Position numbers and translations under genes: made by a program. From the NCBI GenBank assembly GCA_951406725.2, contig OX597825.1, positions 64,790,001 to 64,854,000 of the forward strand: a stretch of 64,000 bases of DNA, read 5' to 3'. This document shows positions 27,144 through 39,999 of the stretch, piece after piece. This stretch comes from Octopus vulgaris (taxonomy: Eukaryota). Each line of letters begins with the position of its first letter. Positions within the stretch are counted from its first letter, which is position 1. The notes under the pieces are model-generated. The model did no database searches. It was given only the letters and a program-made list of their open reading frames with translations, and was not told the origin of the DNA.

Positions 27144-27246
27144 GGCCTTGGGTGGCTCTATCAGGAACCGAAGTTCCCGACGGCATAGCTCAGACACTGC
27201 CCGTTTACACCACCCTACCGCTTTGAGGTGTTGGACTTTAGGGTAG
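26816..27246 (-). mobile_element. Complete short non-tRNA retroposon with RTE-like 3' end
   Basis: Perfect 14-bp TSD gatagagttattta at 26802-26815 and 27247-27260; GC-rich; 3' end gccggctcgacccgccctgggtgaacgccatcgcaagtacaagtaag; internal (TATC)n. Confidence 0.8.
27150..27215 (-). ncRNA. Structured three-way-junction RNA near the retroposon 5' end (candidate ribozyme)
   Basis: Stems gggtggt/gccaccc, ggca/tgcc and gtcgggaac-TTCG-gttcctgat; G.U pairs form only on the minus strand. Confidence 0.5.
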
Positions 27247-27434
27247 GATAGAGTTATTTAGTCCTTTATCATTTAAAACGCATACATCTGGATAAGGTTT
27301 TCTACTTGTATGTTCAAACTAGATAGATTCTCCCTCCGACACTTACCAACCGATATCGTTCTAAAAAAAAAAACAATCGCAACATCAAAATTTCAAAACA
27401 AAACGATATTAACTTCACACCTATGTGAATTGAT

Positions 27435-27476
27435 AAGCATTACACTTGACAGATTAATCTGAGTGCTAAAGGGTTA
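27435..27476. mobile_element. piggyBac-like MITE terminus
   Basis: Reverse complement taaccctttagcactcagatt: CCC terminus beside a degenerate TTAA; partner end not found. Confidence 0.4.
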
Positions 27477-28173
27477 GTATGTCGCTTGACTAAACACTAT
27501 CTGCTGATATTTTGGCTACCTTTATCAGAGTTCAGGGAGATCAGGATAAAATATTGGGTTATGGATGCCACCTCTTTCCTCCACCAGCTCTAGTTTTTCA
27601 TAAATTATTTTCTCAGAAAACCTACTCAAATATCGTTTTTATTCCCCAACCTTTCTTATCGTATTGACAGTTACAGCTATTTCCTTCAAAGCGCAGGATT
27701 AGTAGTCAGTTATCTCTAGTTAAGATCAAGTTAGAGTCAACCATTGGGGATAGACCCATTTCTTTAGAAAATAGTATAAAACATCATTGCTCTCATTTTT
27801 CAATAAGATTCCGACGTTGATCGACAAACAAGAAGATATAGTTTCAATATGAACAGTAACATAAGCGATGTTATCATAGTCCCCGATGCACCAATTTAAG
27901 CTGTTGTGTAGTGTTTTTCTTATTTCCTCTCTTGTATTCTTTCTATACAAGACCCACTTTATTGCTATGCAATGACATACATTTGTTGGTGTCTCATTCC
28001 AGTGCCCGTAATAGAGCTTATTATTGCATGGAAGTTATAGTGGTACCTGTCAAGATGAAATGTAAACCATCCAGCTCTTGTTGAAGTGTCCAACAAGCTA
28101 TCAGCTTGTTTAGTATTGTTAATGTGTCTTGCTCTATACGGAGTCTTAATGGCTTCTCTATCTACCTACCTAC

Positions 28174-28229
<56 letters not shown>

Positions 28230-28232
<3 letters not shown>

Positions 28233-28385
28233 ATTTTCTCTCCTTGTTTCTTTCTGTCTTCCTTTCTGTGGAGGAGCGTAGGCTCCAAACGTTAAAGACT
28301 TTTTCCCCTCCCGAGTGTTATAATAATACACCTGTTTGTTGTCTACACCACCTCTTTTCGTCTTTTGTTTAATTGTGAATTATCC
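28230..28385 (+). mobile_element. Penelope-like remnant with degenerate HHR (28262-28297)
   Basis: cttt CTGTGGA g gagc gtag gctc CAAA cgtt aaag. Confidence 0.65.
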
Positions 28386-28412
28386 ACTATCTATTTGGTG
28401 ATATATATATAT

Positions 28413-28510
28413 GTCAGAAGTAACAAAGTGACTCGAGGTTGGAGAGTTTCGTGCGTTGGCACTTATCAAAGTAATCTCAGGTCGAAGCGCAGTTCGTCTG
28501 CTAAATATTA
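28413..28510 (-). mobile_element. Penelope-like remnant with U3:A8 HHR-like motif (28430-28470)
   Basis: TTGATAA gtgc caac gcac GAAA ctc..gag TC; stem I is poor. Confidence 0.55.
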
Positions 28511-28667
28511 ATAAAGATATACATATACTCATATTTTGAGTTCTATTTTTCCTATTTGCATTAATATATATAGATATATACATATATATAAAGCGTAAGG
28601 CTTAATTTCGAGGATTTGGGGATTCTGTTTCTAGTTCAACGAGAAATAACGTCGTGGTTCTTTGAAT

Positions 28668-28866
28668 GTATTCGTTTATTTGTTTCAGTCATTTGACTGC
28701 GGCCATTCTGGATCACCGCTTTTCGTCGAGCAAACCGTCCCCAGGACTTATTCTTTGTAAGCCTAGTACTTATTCTATCGGTCTTTCTTGCCGAACTGCT
28801 AAGTGACGGGAACGTAAACACACCAGCATCGGTTGTCAAGCGATGTTGGGAGGGGGACAAACACAG

Positions 28867-28927
<61 letters not shown>

Positions 28928-29078
28928 CGACGGGCTTCTTTCAGTTTCCGTCTACCAAATCCACTCACAAGGTTTTGCTCGACCCGAGGCTATGGTAGAA
29001 GGCACTTGCCCAAGGTGCCAAGCAGTGGGACGGAACCCGGAACCATGTGTTTCGTAAGCAAGCTACTTACCACACAGC
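28668..29078 (-). mobile_element. Family C SINE
   Basis: Collinear with 1054-1489. Confidence 0.9.
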
Positions 29079-31484
29079 GAAAGAAAATTGACGAATATTT
29101 AGAAGAATTATCTATCTCCAGGCACCAACCGGATCAAATCGAATTCTATAAAACATATGCTGTCATATGTCTCCCAATGAATAAATGAATACATTAATAT
29201 ATTAACATTGGTAATGCGATTCCATAAGTACAAATGCGATTCCACATGGTGCAAATGTGAATGACCACGTCCCCATGCAGTAAACCATATTTTAGCACAT
29301 TATCAGTGTTGCAGTATATTTTATTGTATCTTTTTTATTGCGTTACCAGAATGACTCCATCAGAGTTATAATTCCTTATTGATCGTTGATTCCATATTTA
29401 CGTCTACGAATTTGGAAATGTAGAATCGTATTTGCTTTGCCGCGAGCTATCATAATACCAAGTGAATGATAGTTAGAGGAACTTCACATAATACTGTAGT
29501 TCTTCTTAATTCTATAGACCCAGAGTCTAGTCATGGAGGAATTAGCACCAAGTGATTTATAACGATTGGGTGCCAACACTCAAAATCGAAACAGACGTTG
29601 GTATAAATCATTCCTGGACTCACATACAGGCATGCAAACAAACGCACAGTCACATTTACACGCATATATGTATATATATGTATGTCAGTGTGTGTGATTG
29701 TATGAATAATGGATATTAGAATTGTGTTAAGGAGTGTGTTTATAACTGTGTGCGTATGTGTATGCATTAATATGTACATGATGTTCATCTTTATGTATTT
29801 GTAATTACAAGATTTGTTGATAAAATCTTTCTATATACTACATAAAATTGATATCTATTTACGTGTATGTGTTTTTAACACAACATTGAAATATGGAATT
29901 GATTAAATAATTTAAAATACATGTGTCTGCATATGACTATATATGTATATGCATGAGAACGTGCTAATAAATATGCTACGAGAGTATATGCAAATTTGCC
30001 TTCTGTCGATTTGTATGCATATATATATATACATATATATATATATATGTATATATATATATCATATGGAGGGTTGCACACGTGTGTGTGGTTATATGCG
30101 GTATTTATGTAAATAATGACATACGATATGCGTGTATGTACTTATAAAGTCGTGGTCGTGTTTGAGTGTATGTCAATAAAATATAATTGTACAAGGAAAC
30201 GTGTAAATGTATGCATAGCCATCATATGCGGTAAAACATATAATAACATACATTTTTTATGTATAAATTATTATTCATAAAAGAATATATTAAGAAATAC
30301 ATGCATAGGCTGTCAAAAAAAGGCACACGCATTCATATACACACATGCGAGCATGTACAGAGATATACGTATTAGTAGATTTCTTTATTAGATAAAAAAA
30401 AACAACAGAATCTGTACAATGAGACGCCAATATTTCATTATGCCTGCAGTAATAGATTATTCATTCAGACTGTATATTCGAAAGAATGTAAATCTGAAAT
30501 GAGCTTTTGCCCTGGATTCGGTGCATGTTTCATGAATCTCTTAATAAATATTTAAATTTTTACTTCAGACTATGACACACACGACCGGATTTCGAATAAA
30601 GGAAACATCTTGAACGAACAAAAGAATCAGATCATAGTCCTTTTGTTACACTAGAAATAGCGACTAAATTGTTCTGATATAGCGTATTATGTATTAAGGA
30701 AAAAGGAAGAAATATAGGTTAATGTAGACGTCGGTGTACTATATTTCAAAATAGAAGTAGGGAAACTGCAAGCAGGGAAATGCCTACATTGGATCCTCTA
30801 CATCCACGACAAGCTCGCTAGAAATAGTAGCTAAATAACCCTCGAATTTTTAAAAAGTGAAAAAAAATGCAATTTGTATAATGTAATTCTAGATGCATTA
30901 CGTACAATGAGATGAGGCTGCTTACCTGAACCGAAGAATAACAATGAGTAAAAATCTCTTGACCCTCGAGTTCTGGTGAAGTCTGAGGCGCAACGTTGGA
31001 ATACGTTGATTTATTTAGGCAAATAAAACCTATGCGGAGCTTATCGCCCTCTTGCCCATTTCTAGAGAGTGAACGGAAGAGAGGAAGGAAAGAAACGAAG
31101 CTACTAGGTACTTGCCTTATGCAAATTTTGTCGGCTCCAGATAGGATGAAAAGCAATGTACACATTCCGAGATCTCGAACTCAGAGTAGAGGATCCAGAA
31201 TATTTTGTCCGGCTCTGTAATGTCTCTGCTAACCCTCCATTTTAACAAACGTTCAACATTATATACTTATATACGACTCTGATCATGGGATTTCTGTTTG
31301 TTAGTGTGAAACAAGCAAAGTGATAAAGTACGAATGAATAATTATTTCACTTCACAAATCTATTCATAAATATCCATCCACGAATTGTGACACTATGGTA
31401 CGGTTTCGAGTCTGACCTCCGCTACTTGAGACAACTCTATTAATGCTCATTTTATTTTCTTGATTTGTTAAGGTTATTTAAGCA

Positions 31485-31780
31485 TGGGTGTGTAGTTAAG
31501 AAACTTGGGTTCAGTCCCAGGTCGCAGCAGCAGAGTAACCTGTTTTTATTATAGCCCAAGTTCATTCAACCAATGCTTTGTGAGTGAATTTGCGAAGCAG
31601 AAACTGTATGGACATGTCTGTAGGTGTATATACGTGTGTGGATGTGTGCGTCTGTCTGCCTGCCTATTTGTTTGAGTTCGCACATATGTATGTCATCACT
31701 ACATGGGAACAACTGTTGGTTTGTTTGTCTTCGTAAACTAACAGCTGTGTAACAGAAATACATACAATAAATACTAGACA
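31485..31780 (+). mobile_element. Very old family C SINE
   Basis: gggttcagtccc..tatagccc..tttgtgagtgaatttg..gaaactg. Confidence 0.55.
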
Positions 31781-32332
31781 TAGAATAACTACTGAGGTAG
31801 ATTTGTTTCACTTAATCCTTCATAGTTCAATGATTGGAACCGATAAGAGGTTAAACAAGATAGTATATGGAGCGAATTAACATGTTACGTGGATTGGCAT
31901 AGATTCTAATTAGCTACAAAGAAACAGTGGACTAACTGATACCTAAACATTCCGAATGTTAAAAAGATAATTAAGAATATCATAGAACGGGTTGACTTAA
32001 TGCTTTTCAAATATTTTGACATGGACACTTCGCAAGCGGATGATAATCCCAAAACTTTTCTGTTATCATGACATAATATTTTGTTGTACAAAATTGAGTG
32101 TTGCCAAAAGCATTTAGAAACTTCGAGAGAGCGTGGAATAAGAAATAAATTCGACAATTCAATTTGTTGAATTCAATTTGTCGAATGCTATATAGCTTTT
32201 CATGTTTACAAAGATTATGGGTTCAGGCGACACAACCAGCCTGTTTGTCTATCCAAAGAAGATATACCTGATTTGAGATTTACCGTTCAAAATAAGCACG
32301 TGTGGGGGCGTGTGTGTGTGTACATATATGCC

Positions 32333-32487
32333 TATTTCTTTATTACCCACAAGGGGCTAAACATAGAGGGGACAAACAAGGACAGACATAGGTATTAAGT
32401 CGATTACATCGACCCCAGTGCGTAACTGGTACTTATTTAATCGACCCCGAAAGGATGAAAGGTAAAGTCGACCTCGGCGGAATTTGT
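32333..32487 (-). mobile_element. 5'-truncated young family B SINE
   Basis: Tail and core near-identical to 6734-6890. Confidence 0.9.
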
Positions 32488-32504
32488 GTATATATATGCA
32501 TTGT

Positions 32505-32706
32505 CTTGTTGTTGTTAAGCAACAAGACGGGTAAGGATGATTAGGTGGTGGTCTAGGGCTTAGGGGCGGGAGACCCCAGACCATGGAAAAAAATCTTTGG
32601 TCGTCATGTTGTAATCGAGGGCTCTTCGTTGACGCCCAACACCACTGTGAGGTGGCCCTCGAAGTCGCTGGAAATGGAAAACTCCAGGTTCAAAGTCTTG
32701 AACGGC
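32505..32706. mobile_element. Unclassified ~200-bp structured interspersed repeat
   Basis: Inverted paralogue of 36137-36335. Confidence 0.8.
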
Positions 32707-33109
32707 GTTCCGTTGTCTATATATCTTGGGTATAAAACAGATCTACGCATTTATTTCTGGAATCGTGTATTTTGCTATAAGAAGAATTTCTACATCACTA
32801 TCTGTCATTAACAGTAGTAAATGACAAAGAGAAATTAGATTTTACTCATGAGTTTGCTCATGTCCAGACGAAGCCTAACAACTACAGCGCGCAAAATAAA
32901 TTTTTACAGATGAAGTATTAGTACAGTATTACGATTTCATTGATTTTTGGTATTTGTTGTTTTCCGCTCATTCCACCTCTTCCCCTCTTTTTTCTCTTCG
33001 CTTTTTCTCTCTTTCTCTCTATGTCGCTCTCTATTTTCTTCGATGTTCATCAATTTTTTCTGTATTTGAGAGTGTAAAGGTGTACATGAGGTGTACATGT
33101 GAGTGAGAG

Positions 33110-33155
<46 letters not shown>

Positions 33156-33222
33156 GATATACATATAAAATGGCGGTGCCCCAGCATGGCCACAGCTCGT
33201 GAGCTGAAACTAGAATCAATCA

Positions 33223-33264
<42 letters not shown>

Positions 33265-33502
33265 TATGTATATAAAGAGAGAGAGAGGGGGGAGGTGCAT
33301 ACAGACGCAGTATGTGCACACCGCACCTGCGTATGTTAATCATATATGCGTGTGTGTGAATGCGTGCGTCTATAGATATGTCAATATAAATATAAAGGTA
33401 TAACTGCTTACTTATTTGTCTATACATATGTGCATATATATATTTATAAACACATGTATATACCCTTATATATGTATATATTAATATATATATGTATATA
33501 TA

Positions 33503-33650
33503 TCAGATTAGTTTTTCATTGGGGCTGGCCTGATTGGAGCAATCTCAAGATTAATCAACCGAAATTGTGTGGATGATCCGATTCTTGATTTTTGTATCAT
33601 CTATTTGGATGTTTTGTTGACCCTTTTTATATCATTTAGCTGTCCGGATA
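33503..33650. repeat. Unclassified (TA)n-flanked repeat
   Basis: Reverse-complement similarity to about 59930-60112 (ttggggctggcctgattggagcaatctc..ccgaaattg). Confidence 0.65.
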
Positions 33651-33663
33651 TATATATATATAT

Positions 33664-33765
33664 AGCTGTAAAAGCCATACCAGTTCAGACTGGAACTTGA
33701 TGCCGCTCTTCGACTTACCAGTTCCAGTTAAGCCGTCTAACCAATGCTACCATGGAAAGCGGACC
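33664..33765 (+). mobile_element. Retroposon 3' fragment (RTE-related tail)
   Basis: gccgtctaaccaatgctaccatggaaagcggac resembles a common octopus retroposon tail; recognition from memory only. Confidence 0.4.
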
Positions 33766-33946
33766 GCAACCATAGGTACATCGATACAATCATATATACA
33801 TAGTCACTTCTACTTTTATTGTAATCATTTTGTTGACTACGATACTAGATTTCCGTACTTTTTTAAGGTCTTGTAATCTTGTAATATCTATACGTATCCA
33901 CGCTTATATATATAAGCATATGTATACATATACATACATATATGTG

Positions 33947-34016
<70 letters not shown>

Positions 34017-34468
34017 GCTACAGGACAACTTTATAACTTCCTTTATTTGTGAAGGTCAAAATAATTGCACTACGCCTACACGACGTTTTCTCATTGACCT
34101 CGCAATAATAATAATAATAATGATAATGATAAGAAGAAGAGGATGAAGAAGGAGGAGGAAGAAGTGGGGGAGGAGGAGGATTTAACTCCTATTTCGTATT
34201 TAGTTATTGTTAACGTTCTTGTCGTCGCTGTTGTTCCTATTATTATAAACGTCTTTGTCTGTTTGACTCGAAATTCTCCATAATAGTTAATCATTTGTTT
34301 GTTACCCTTTTGTAGAGTTTAGCTTTGTATTTATTTTAACATATATTCGCTTGTTTATCTCTAATTCTTTCATGTTTGTTTTGTTTCATTCATCTTTTCG
34401 TTCAATATATTTTTTTTTATTTACCTTTTTTTTATTCAATATTTCTTTGGCTGCATCTTCTTAATCTT

Positions 34469-34469
<1 letters not shown>

Positions 34470-34562
<93 letters not shown>

Positions 34563-34710
34563 TGTGTATATATGTGTGTATATATGTGTGTATATATATG
34601 TGTGTATATATGTGTGTATATATATGTGTGTATATATGTGTGTATATATATGTGTGTATATATGTGTGTATATATATGTGTGTATATATGTGTATATATA
34701 TGTGTGTATA

Positions 34711-34757
<47 letters not shown>

Positions 34758-34830
34758 CGGTCACACATATATATATGTATACATATATGTATACGTGTAT
34801 ATATGTATGTTTATATATATATATAGATAA
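34470..34830. repeat. (TA)n plus (TATATGTGTG)n 10-12-bp minisatellite
   Basis: Directly visible. Confidence 0.9.
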
Positions 34831-35421
34831 GTGTGTGTGTATATATGTATTATATATGTGTGTGTATGTATACATTATATATGTATGGGTGTGTTCGTGT
34901 TTATTTTCTTGTGTTTGTTTTGCTGATCTCTTAATCTTTAATTCCATTTTCGCTCACAGAATATTTTATATTCTTTCTTCAAATCTTTTGTCGCTCCTAT
35001 CAACCTCATCTTTGTTGTCATCTTTCTCGTATTCTGGTTCTTCCTATCAATTTTATTGTTATATAATGCCGATGTTTACTATTGTTTAGCTTCTTATTGA
35101 TATTGCTCCGACTCTTGTTGATTTTCTTGTTGTTCTTGGCGTTTGAGGTTCTTTTTCTTCACCATTTTTCTTGTTCTGCTTCTGCTTTCATACCGTAATC
35201 TTCTGCACCAGTTCTTTTACCTTTATGAATACACAGTTCGTTCTATAATCGCCATTATCTTTATTAACTTTTTTTTTTAATTTAATGCTGAACTTTGATT
35301 AAAAATATGTGTTTACATAATTCAAAATGGCAGTGTACCAGTGGGAACAACAATATCAACAACCAACAATAACTACTACTACTACTACCACTGCTCGGCA
35401 TAATGTATAGGGTATGTTACT

Positions 35422-35836
35422 TATTCGTTTACTGCCCACAAGGTGCTACACACAGAGGGGATAAACAAGGACAGACAAATGGATTAAGTCGATTATATCG
35501 ACTCCAGTGCGCAACTGGTACTTATTTAATCGACCCTGAAAGGATGAAAGGCAAAATCGACTTCGGGGGAATTTGAACTCACAACGTAGCGGTAGACGAA
35601 ATACCTATTTCTTTACTACCCACAAGGAGCTAAGCACAGAGAGGACAAACAAGACAGACAAACGGATTAAGTCGATTAGATCGACACCAGGGCGTAACTG
35701 GTACTTATTTAATTAACCCCGTAAGTACGAAAGGCAAAGTCGACCTTGGCGGAATTTGAACTCAAAACATAACGGCAGACGAAATACGGCTACACATTTC
35801 GCCCGGCGTGCTAACGGTTCTGCCAGCTCGCCGCCC
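35422..35836 (-). mobile_element. Dimeric family B SINE
   Basis: Second unit 35605-35787 with junction gacgaaatac|ctatttc. Confidence 0.9.
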
Positions 35837-35859
35837 TATGCAGCGAAGTTTCTAATTAT

Positions 35860-36038
35860 TTTATCTCACATGGTTTCAATTTTCAGTTGTAGCCACTGTA
35901 ATTATGATATAGTGTTAATGAGCTTGATTGCGTGTCGTAATATATCATATTTATGGCAGCTTCCCAACTGCCCGATATTATAAAACACAGAGCTTTGATC
36001 TTGACAATATACGGTTAGCTATAACATGCGTTTGACAT
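35860..36038 (+). repeat. Local ~180-bp direct duplication, copy 1 (copy 2 at 37274-37483)
   Basis: tttatctcacatggtttcaattttca...gtttgacat in both copies. Confidence 0.9.
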
Positions 36039-36136
36039 GTATAGGGTATCTTGCTGTCGACTATTACAGTTATACTGTCATGCTAGTCCTCGTCAACACC
36101 TCAAATTTATCATCAACATCATCATCAGCAGCAGCA

Positions 36137-36335
36137 GCCGTTCAAGAATTAAGACCTGGAGATCTCCATTTCCAGCGACTTCGAGGGCCACCTCCCAGTG
36201 GTGTAGAGCGTCAACGAAGAGCCCTCGACTACAACAAGACGACCAAAGATTTTTTTCCAAGGTCTGGGGTCTCCCGCCCCTAAACCCTAGACCATCATCT
36301 AATCACCTTTACCCGTCTTGTTGATTAATAACATC
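36137..36335. mobile_element. Unclassified ~200-bp structured repeat in a CAG/CAT tract
   Basis: Paralogue of 32505-32706. Confidence 0.8.
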
Positions 36336-36807
36336 AACAGCAGCAGCAGTAGCAGCGATGTTTTTAATATCGTCATGACAACACATAAACATCATACACT
36401 TTAGTTTCCTTATTATGATATTCATTATCATAGTGGTAGGCATCGATTACCATCATCATCATCGTCCTGATCACCATCTTCATTTCTTTCATCACCGTTG
36501 TTTTCATCTTCGTCACCGTCATCACGGTCTGCCAATCTTCACCACAGCTGTCATTACTATCAGCGTCGTTATTGCTCCTACAACCAACACTGCCGTCATT
36601 ATCTCTCTTAGGGGAAGACAAATCAATTAAACATCTTCCCTGCTGTTTATAAACTCTAAAATAAATAAAACATCATCTGAGCGTACAATTATCTGTGATT
36701 CCAGACAAACCAATTCCCACCAGCCAACATAAACCTTTCTTTCCAAAGATTGACGTAGAATGTTGCCCTTTAAGGTAAAACCTACACTGTATCATACATG
36801 GAATATC

Positions 36808-37207
36808 AGGCGCCGAGCTGGCAGAATCGTTAGCACGCCGTGCAAAATGTGTAGCAGCATCTTATCCGTCTTTAGGTTCTGAGTTCAAATTCCGCTGAGA
36901 TCGACTTCGCCTTTTATCTTTTCGGGGTCGATGAAATAAGTAGCAGCGAAGCCCTGAGGTCGATGTAATCGATTATTGTTGTAAGTAATAAGGGAGTGAG
37001 CAGACAGAATCGTTAATACACCGAGTAAAATGCTTAGCAGCATTTCATCTGTTTTATGTTCTGAGTTTAAATTCCGCTGGGGTCGATTTTGCTTTTCAGG
37101 GTTCAATGAAATAAGTGCCAGCTTAGCGCTAGAGATGATACAATCGACTAGCCCACTCCGCTCAAATTTCAGGCTTTGTGCCTATGTGCCTATTGTGGAG
37201 AGGATTA
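36808..37207 (+). mobile_element. Two adjacent old family B SINE copies
   Basis: Heads at 36808 and about 36992, each with B box and Meta-like core. Confidence 0.8.
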
Positions 37208-37824
37208 TACATAGCATGCTAATAAAAGTACACGTGGCTTGAGAAATGCCGTATTGGAGCGAATACTGATTACTTTATCTCACATGGTTTCAATTTTCAT
37301 TTGTCGCCACTGTAATTATGATATAGTGTTAATGAGCTTGACTGCGTGTCGTAATATATCTATTTCTTTATTAAAAATGTCGTAATATATCATGTTTATG
37401 GCAACTTCCCAACTGCCCGGTATTATAAAACACAGAGCCTTGGTCTTGACAATATACGGTTAGCTATCACATGTGTTTGACATTGGCTTTTCAGCATATA
37501 CCATGTTTCCGTTAAAATCTATTCGGAGCATATATAGTCGCAAGTAGACATTGGTACGTTCTGCTCTTCTTCAAATTTAACCCAACACAAACAGGATGTA
37601 ACAGATGGAAGGGGAAAGTGCGTGTGTGAGAGAGAGAGAGAGAGAAAGAAAGGGAGACAGAGAGAGATAGATAGAAAGGGAGTCAGAGAGAGAGAGGAGG
37701 AGACACCAGCACACCAGATTTTAGGACTAACATTGTATTTCTCATATATTTCTATGAATTTGCGTTACTTCCAAATGCATGGGTATATATATGTAAGATT
37801 TCATATAAAGTTAATCCAAACATG

Positions 37825-38012
37825 AAAACACAAAGAGAAAACACAACAACGCGAGGATGTGGAACAAATATAGTATTATTGGACGCTCAGGAAAGAAGGA
37901 AAGAGGGAGGGTTTAACGTTTCGAGCGGAGCTCTTCGTCAGAAACATAGGAAAAGGAAAGATCCAGAGAAGGGAAAACGGAGGGAAAAAATCGCCAACGG
38001 TACACACGCGGT
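37825..38012 (-). mobile_element. Penelope-like terminal remnant
   Basis: Contains a canonical-core minimal HHR; layout similar to 25208-25354. Confidence 0.65.
37911..37945 (-). ncRNA. Minimal type I hammerhead ribozyme
   Basis: gttt CTGACGA a gagc tcc gctc GAAA cgt t aaac: 4-bp stem I, 4-bp stem II, palindromic stem III region (aacgtt), as in Penelope dimeric HHRs. Confidence 0.75.
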
Positions 38013-38015
38013 CGT

Positions 38016-38062
<47 letters not shown>

Positions 38063-38756
38063 GTAATATTCGCTAATAATGATATCTCAGTCAGTAAATT
38101 GATTCGAAAATTAATTCGTAATGAAAGATTTGCGATTGTATTTTGTCTACCATGAAACTTACAAGGAAGTTATTCTCAGTTGGCAGGAACTTAAAATGAA
38201 CTGAACGCTCACTAACGACACAATGGTAATAACGAATACCACAGCACAACACTAATACCACCACTAACAAAACCAACAACAATAAATAGATTTACTATTT
38301 CTATTGCTCTTATATTAATATAGACCATACATCTCAACAGAAAGATAATAAAATACAGAGAATCTTCACGTTTTTAAATGGAAATATCTTCCAATATTAT
38401 TTTTCTCTATATTAATAATAATTCCACTTAAGTCTGTCGTCTCGATCGTGATAGGAACACTATAGAATTAGAAAAGAGATTACTAGAATGATCTACGCAT
38501 GAATAAATGATATTTTCTAACAAAAATATTATATTTTATCGCATTATAACTCGTCAGTATTATGTCCATATCTCTCTATTTATAAAAGAAATTCGAATAA
38601 GTCTTGTACATCAATAGAACTATGTCCAGGTTAGGCGTTGTGACAACATTATGATGTCGTGAAATTGTAGCATACACCAGTGACCATCTGATAAGTCCAA
38701 CGTTGTACCTCCTTACTGAAATTACAAGGTATTTATTTCATCGCAAATTACATGTA

Positions 38757-38828
<72 letters not shown>

Positions 38829-39026
38829 TATATATATATATATATAATTAATAATATCAGGGTAATAGAACATGGTCCAGGAATTAGATGGTAAATGTTT
38901 TTATTTTTCATTCCCTTCGAGAATTTATCCCTAATTAGTGGTTTGGACTTTAACTGTTCTTTCTAGCGTCAAGGATTCCTATGATAGAAGCCTCTTAATG
39001 TGTTTTAATGTACACTGTATTTTATA

Positions 39027-39094
<68 letters not shown>

Positions 39095-39146
39095 AACCGA
39101 CATATACATACATAAATGTGTGTGTAAGTTTTTTTTTTTTTATCAT

Positions 39147-39515
39147 CCATCTTTTACTTGGTTCAATAATTAGACTGCATCCATGCTGAGGCACCGCCCT
39201 GAAGACCTTTTAGCAAAACGAATCGACCCCAAGATTTTTTTGTTGTTAAGCAAGTAACAGGGACGCAAATACAACACCGCTTGTCAAGCGGTGGTGAAGG
39301 ACAAGTACAGACACGCCATCACACACACACACACCCACACACCCACACACACATATATATATATATATGCACACACATATAAATAACTTTGAGTTTCCAT
39401 CAACCAAAACAACTCGAGGCTTTAGTAGAATACACTTTCCCAAGATGACACACGGACTGAACTCAGAACAATGTGCTTGGGAAGCAACCTTCTTCCCAAA
39501 ACAGCTACGTCTGCA
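39147..39515 (-). mobile_element. Old family C SINE
   Basis: ccatgctgaggcaccgcc..ttgtcaagcgg..cccaagatgac. Confidence 0.75.
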
Positions 39516-39929
39516 GCTGATATAGATATTTGTGTATACATACACGTACCTACACCCATATATACTATTTCATAGTCTGTACATTTCGACGTGAGCAACT
39601 ATAAGTTTCATACTCTAACCCTAGTTTAGTCGGACGTGCTTGTATAGAGCCTACATTTGGAACCTGGAATATTGCAAGGTAGTAAATAGCACGCTACGAA
39701 AAATCTTTCGCTTACTGAAATCATGTGGCTTGAAAATTATAGGTGTTCTACCTCTCACTTGAAGGAGGGAGTACATGCTTTATTCTTGTTCTACCATTAA
39801 TAGAACGATAATATATATGAAAAGGTTTGTATTATATATGAAGAGCCTTGTGATATAAGAGAGTACATAGCGGTTTCTGGCTTCAAATTATTCATTAAAT
39901 GATTTTTCTGTTCGGTTTATACACACTGT

Positions 39930-39999
<70 letters not shown>

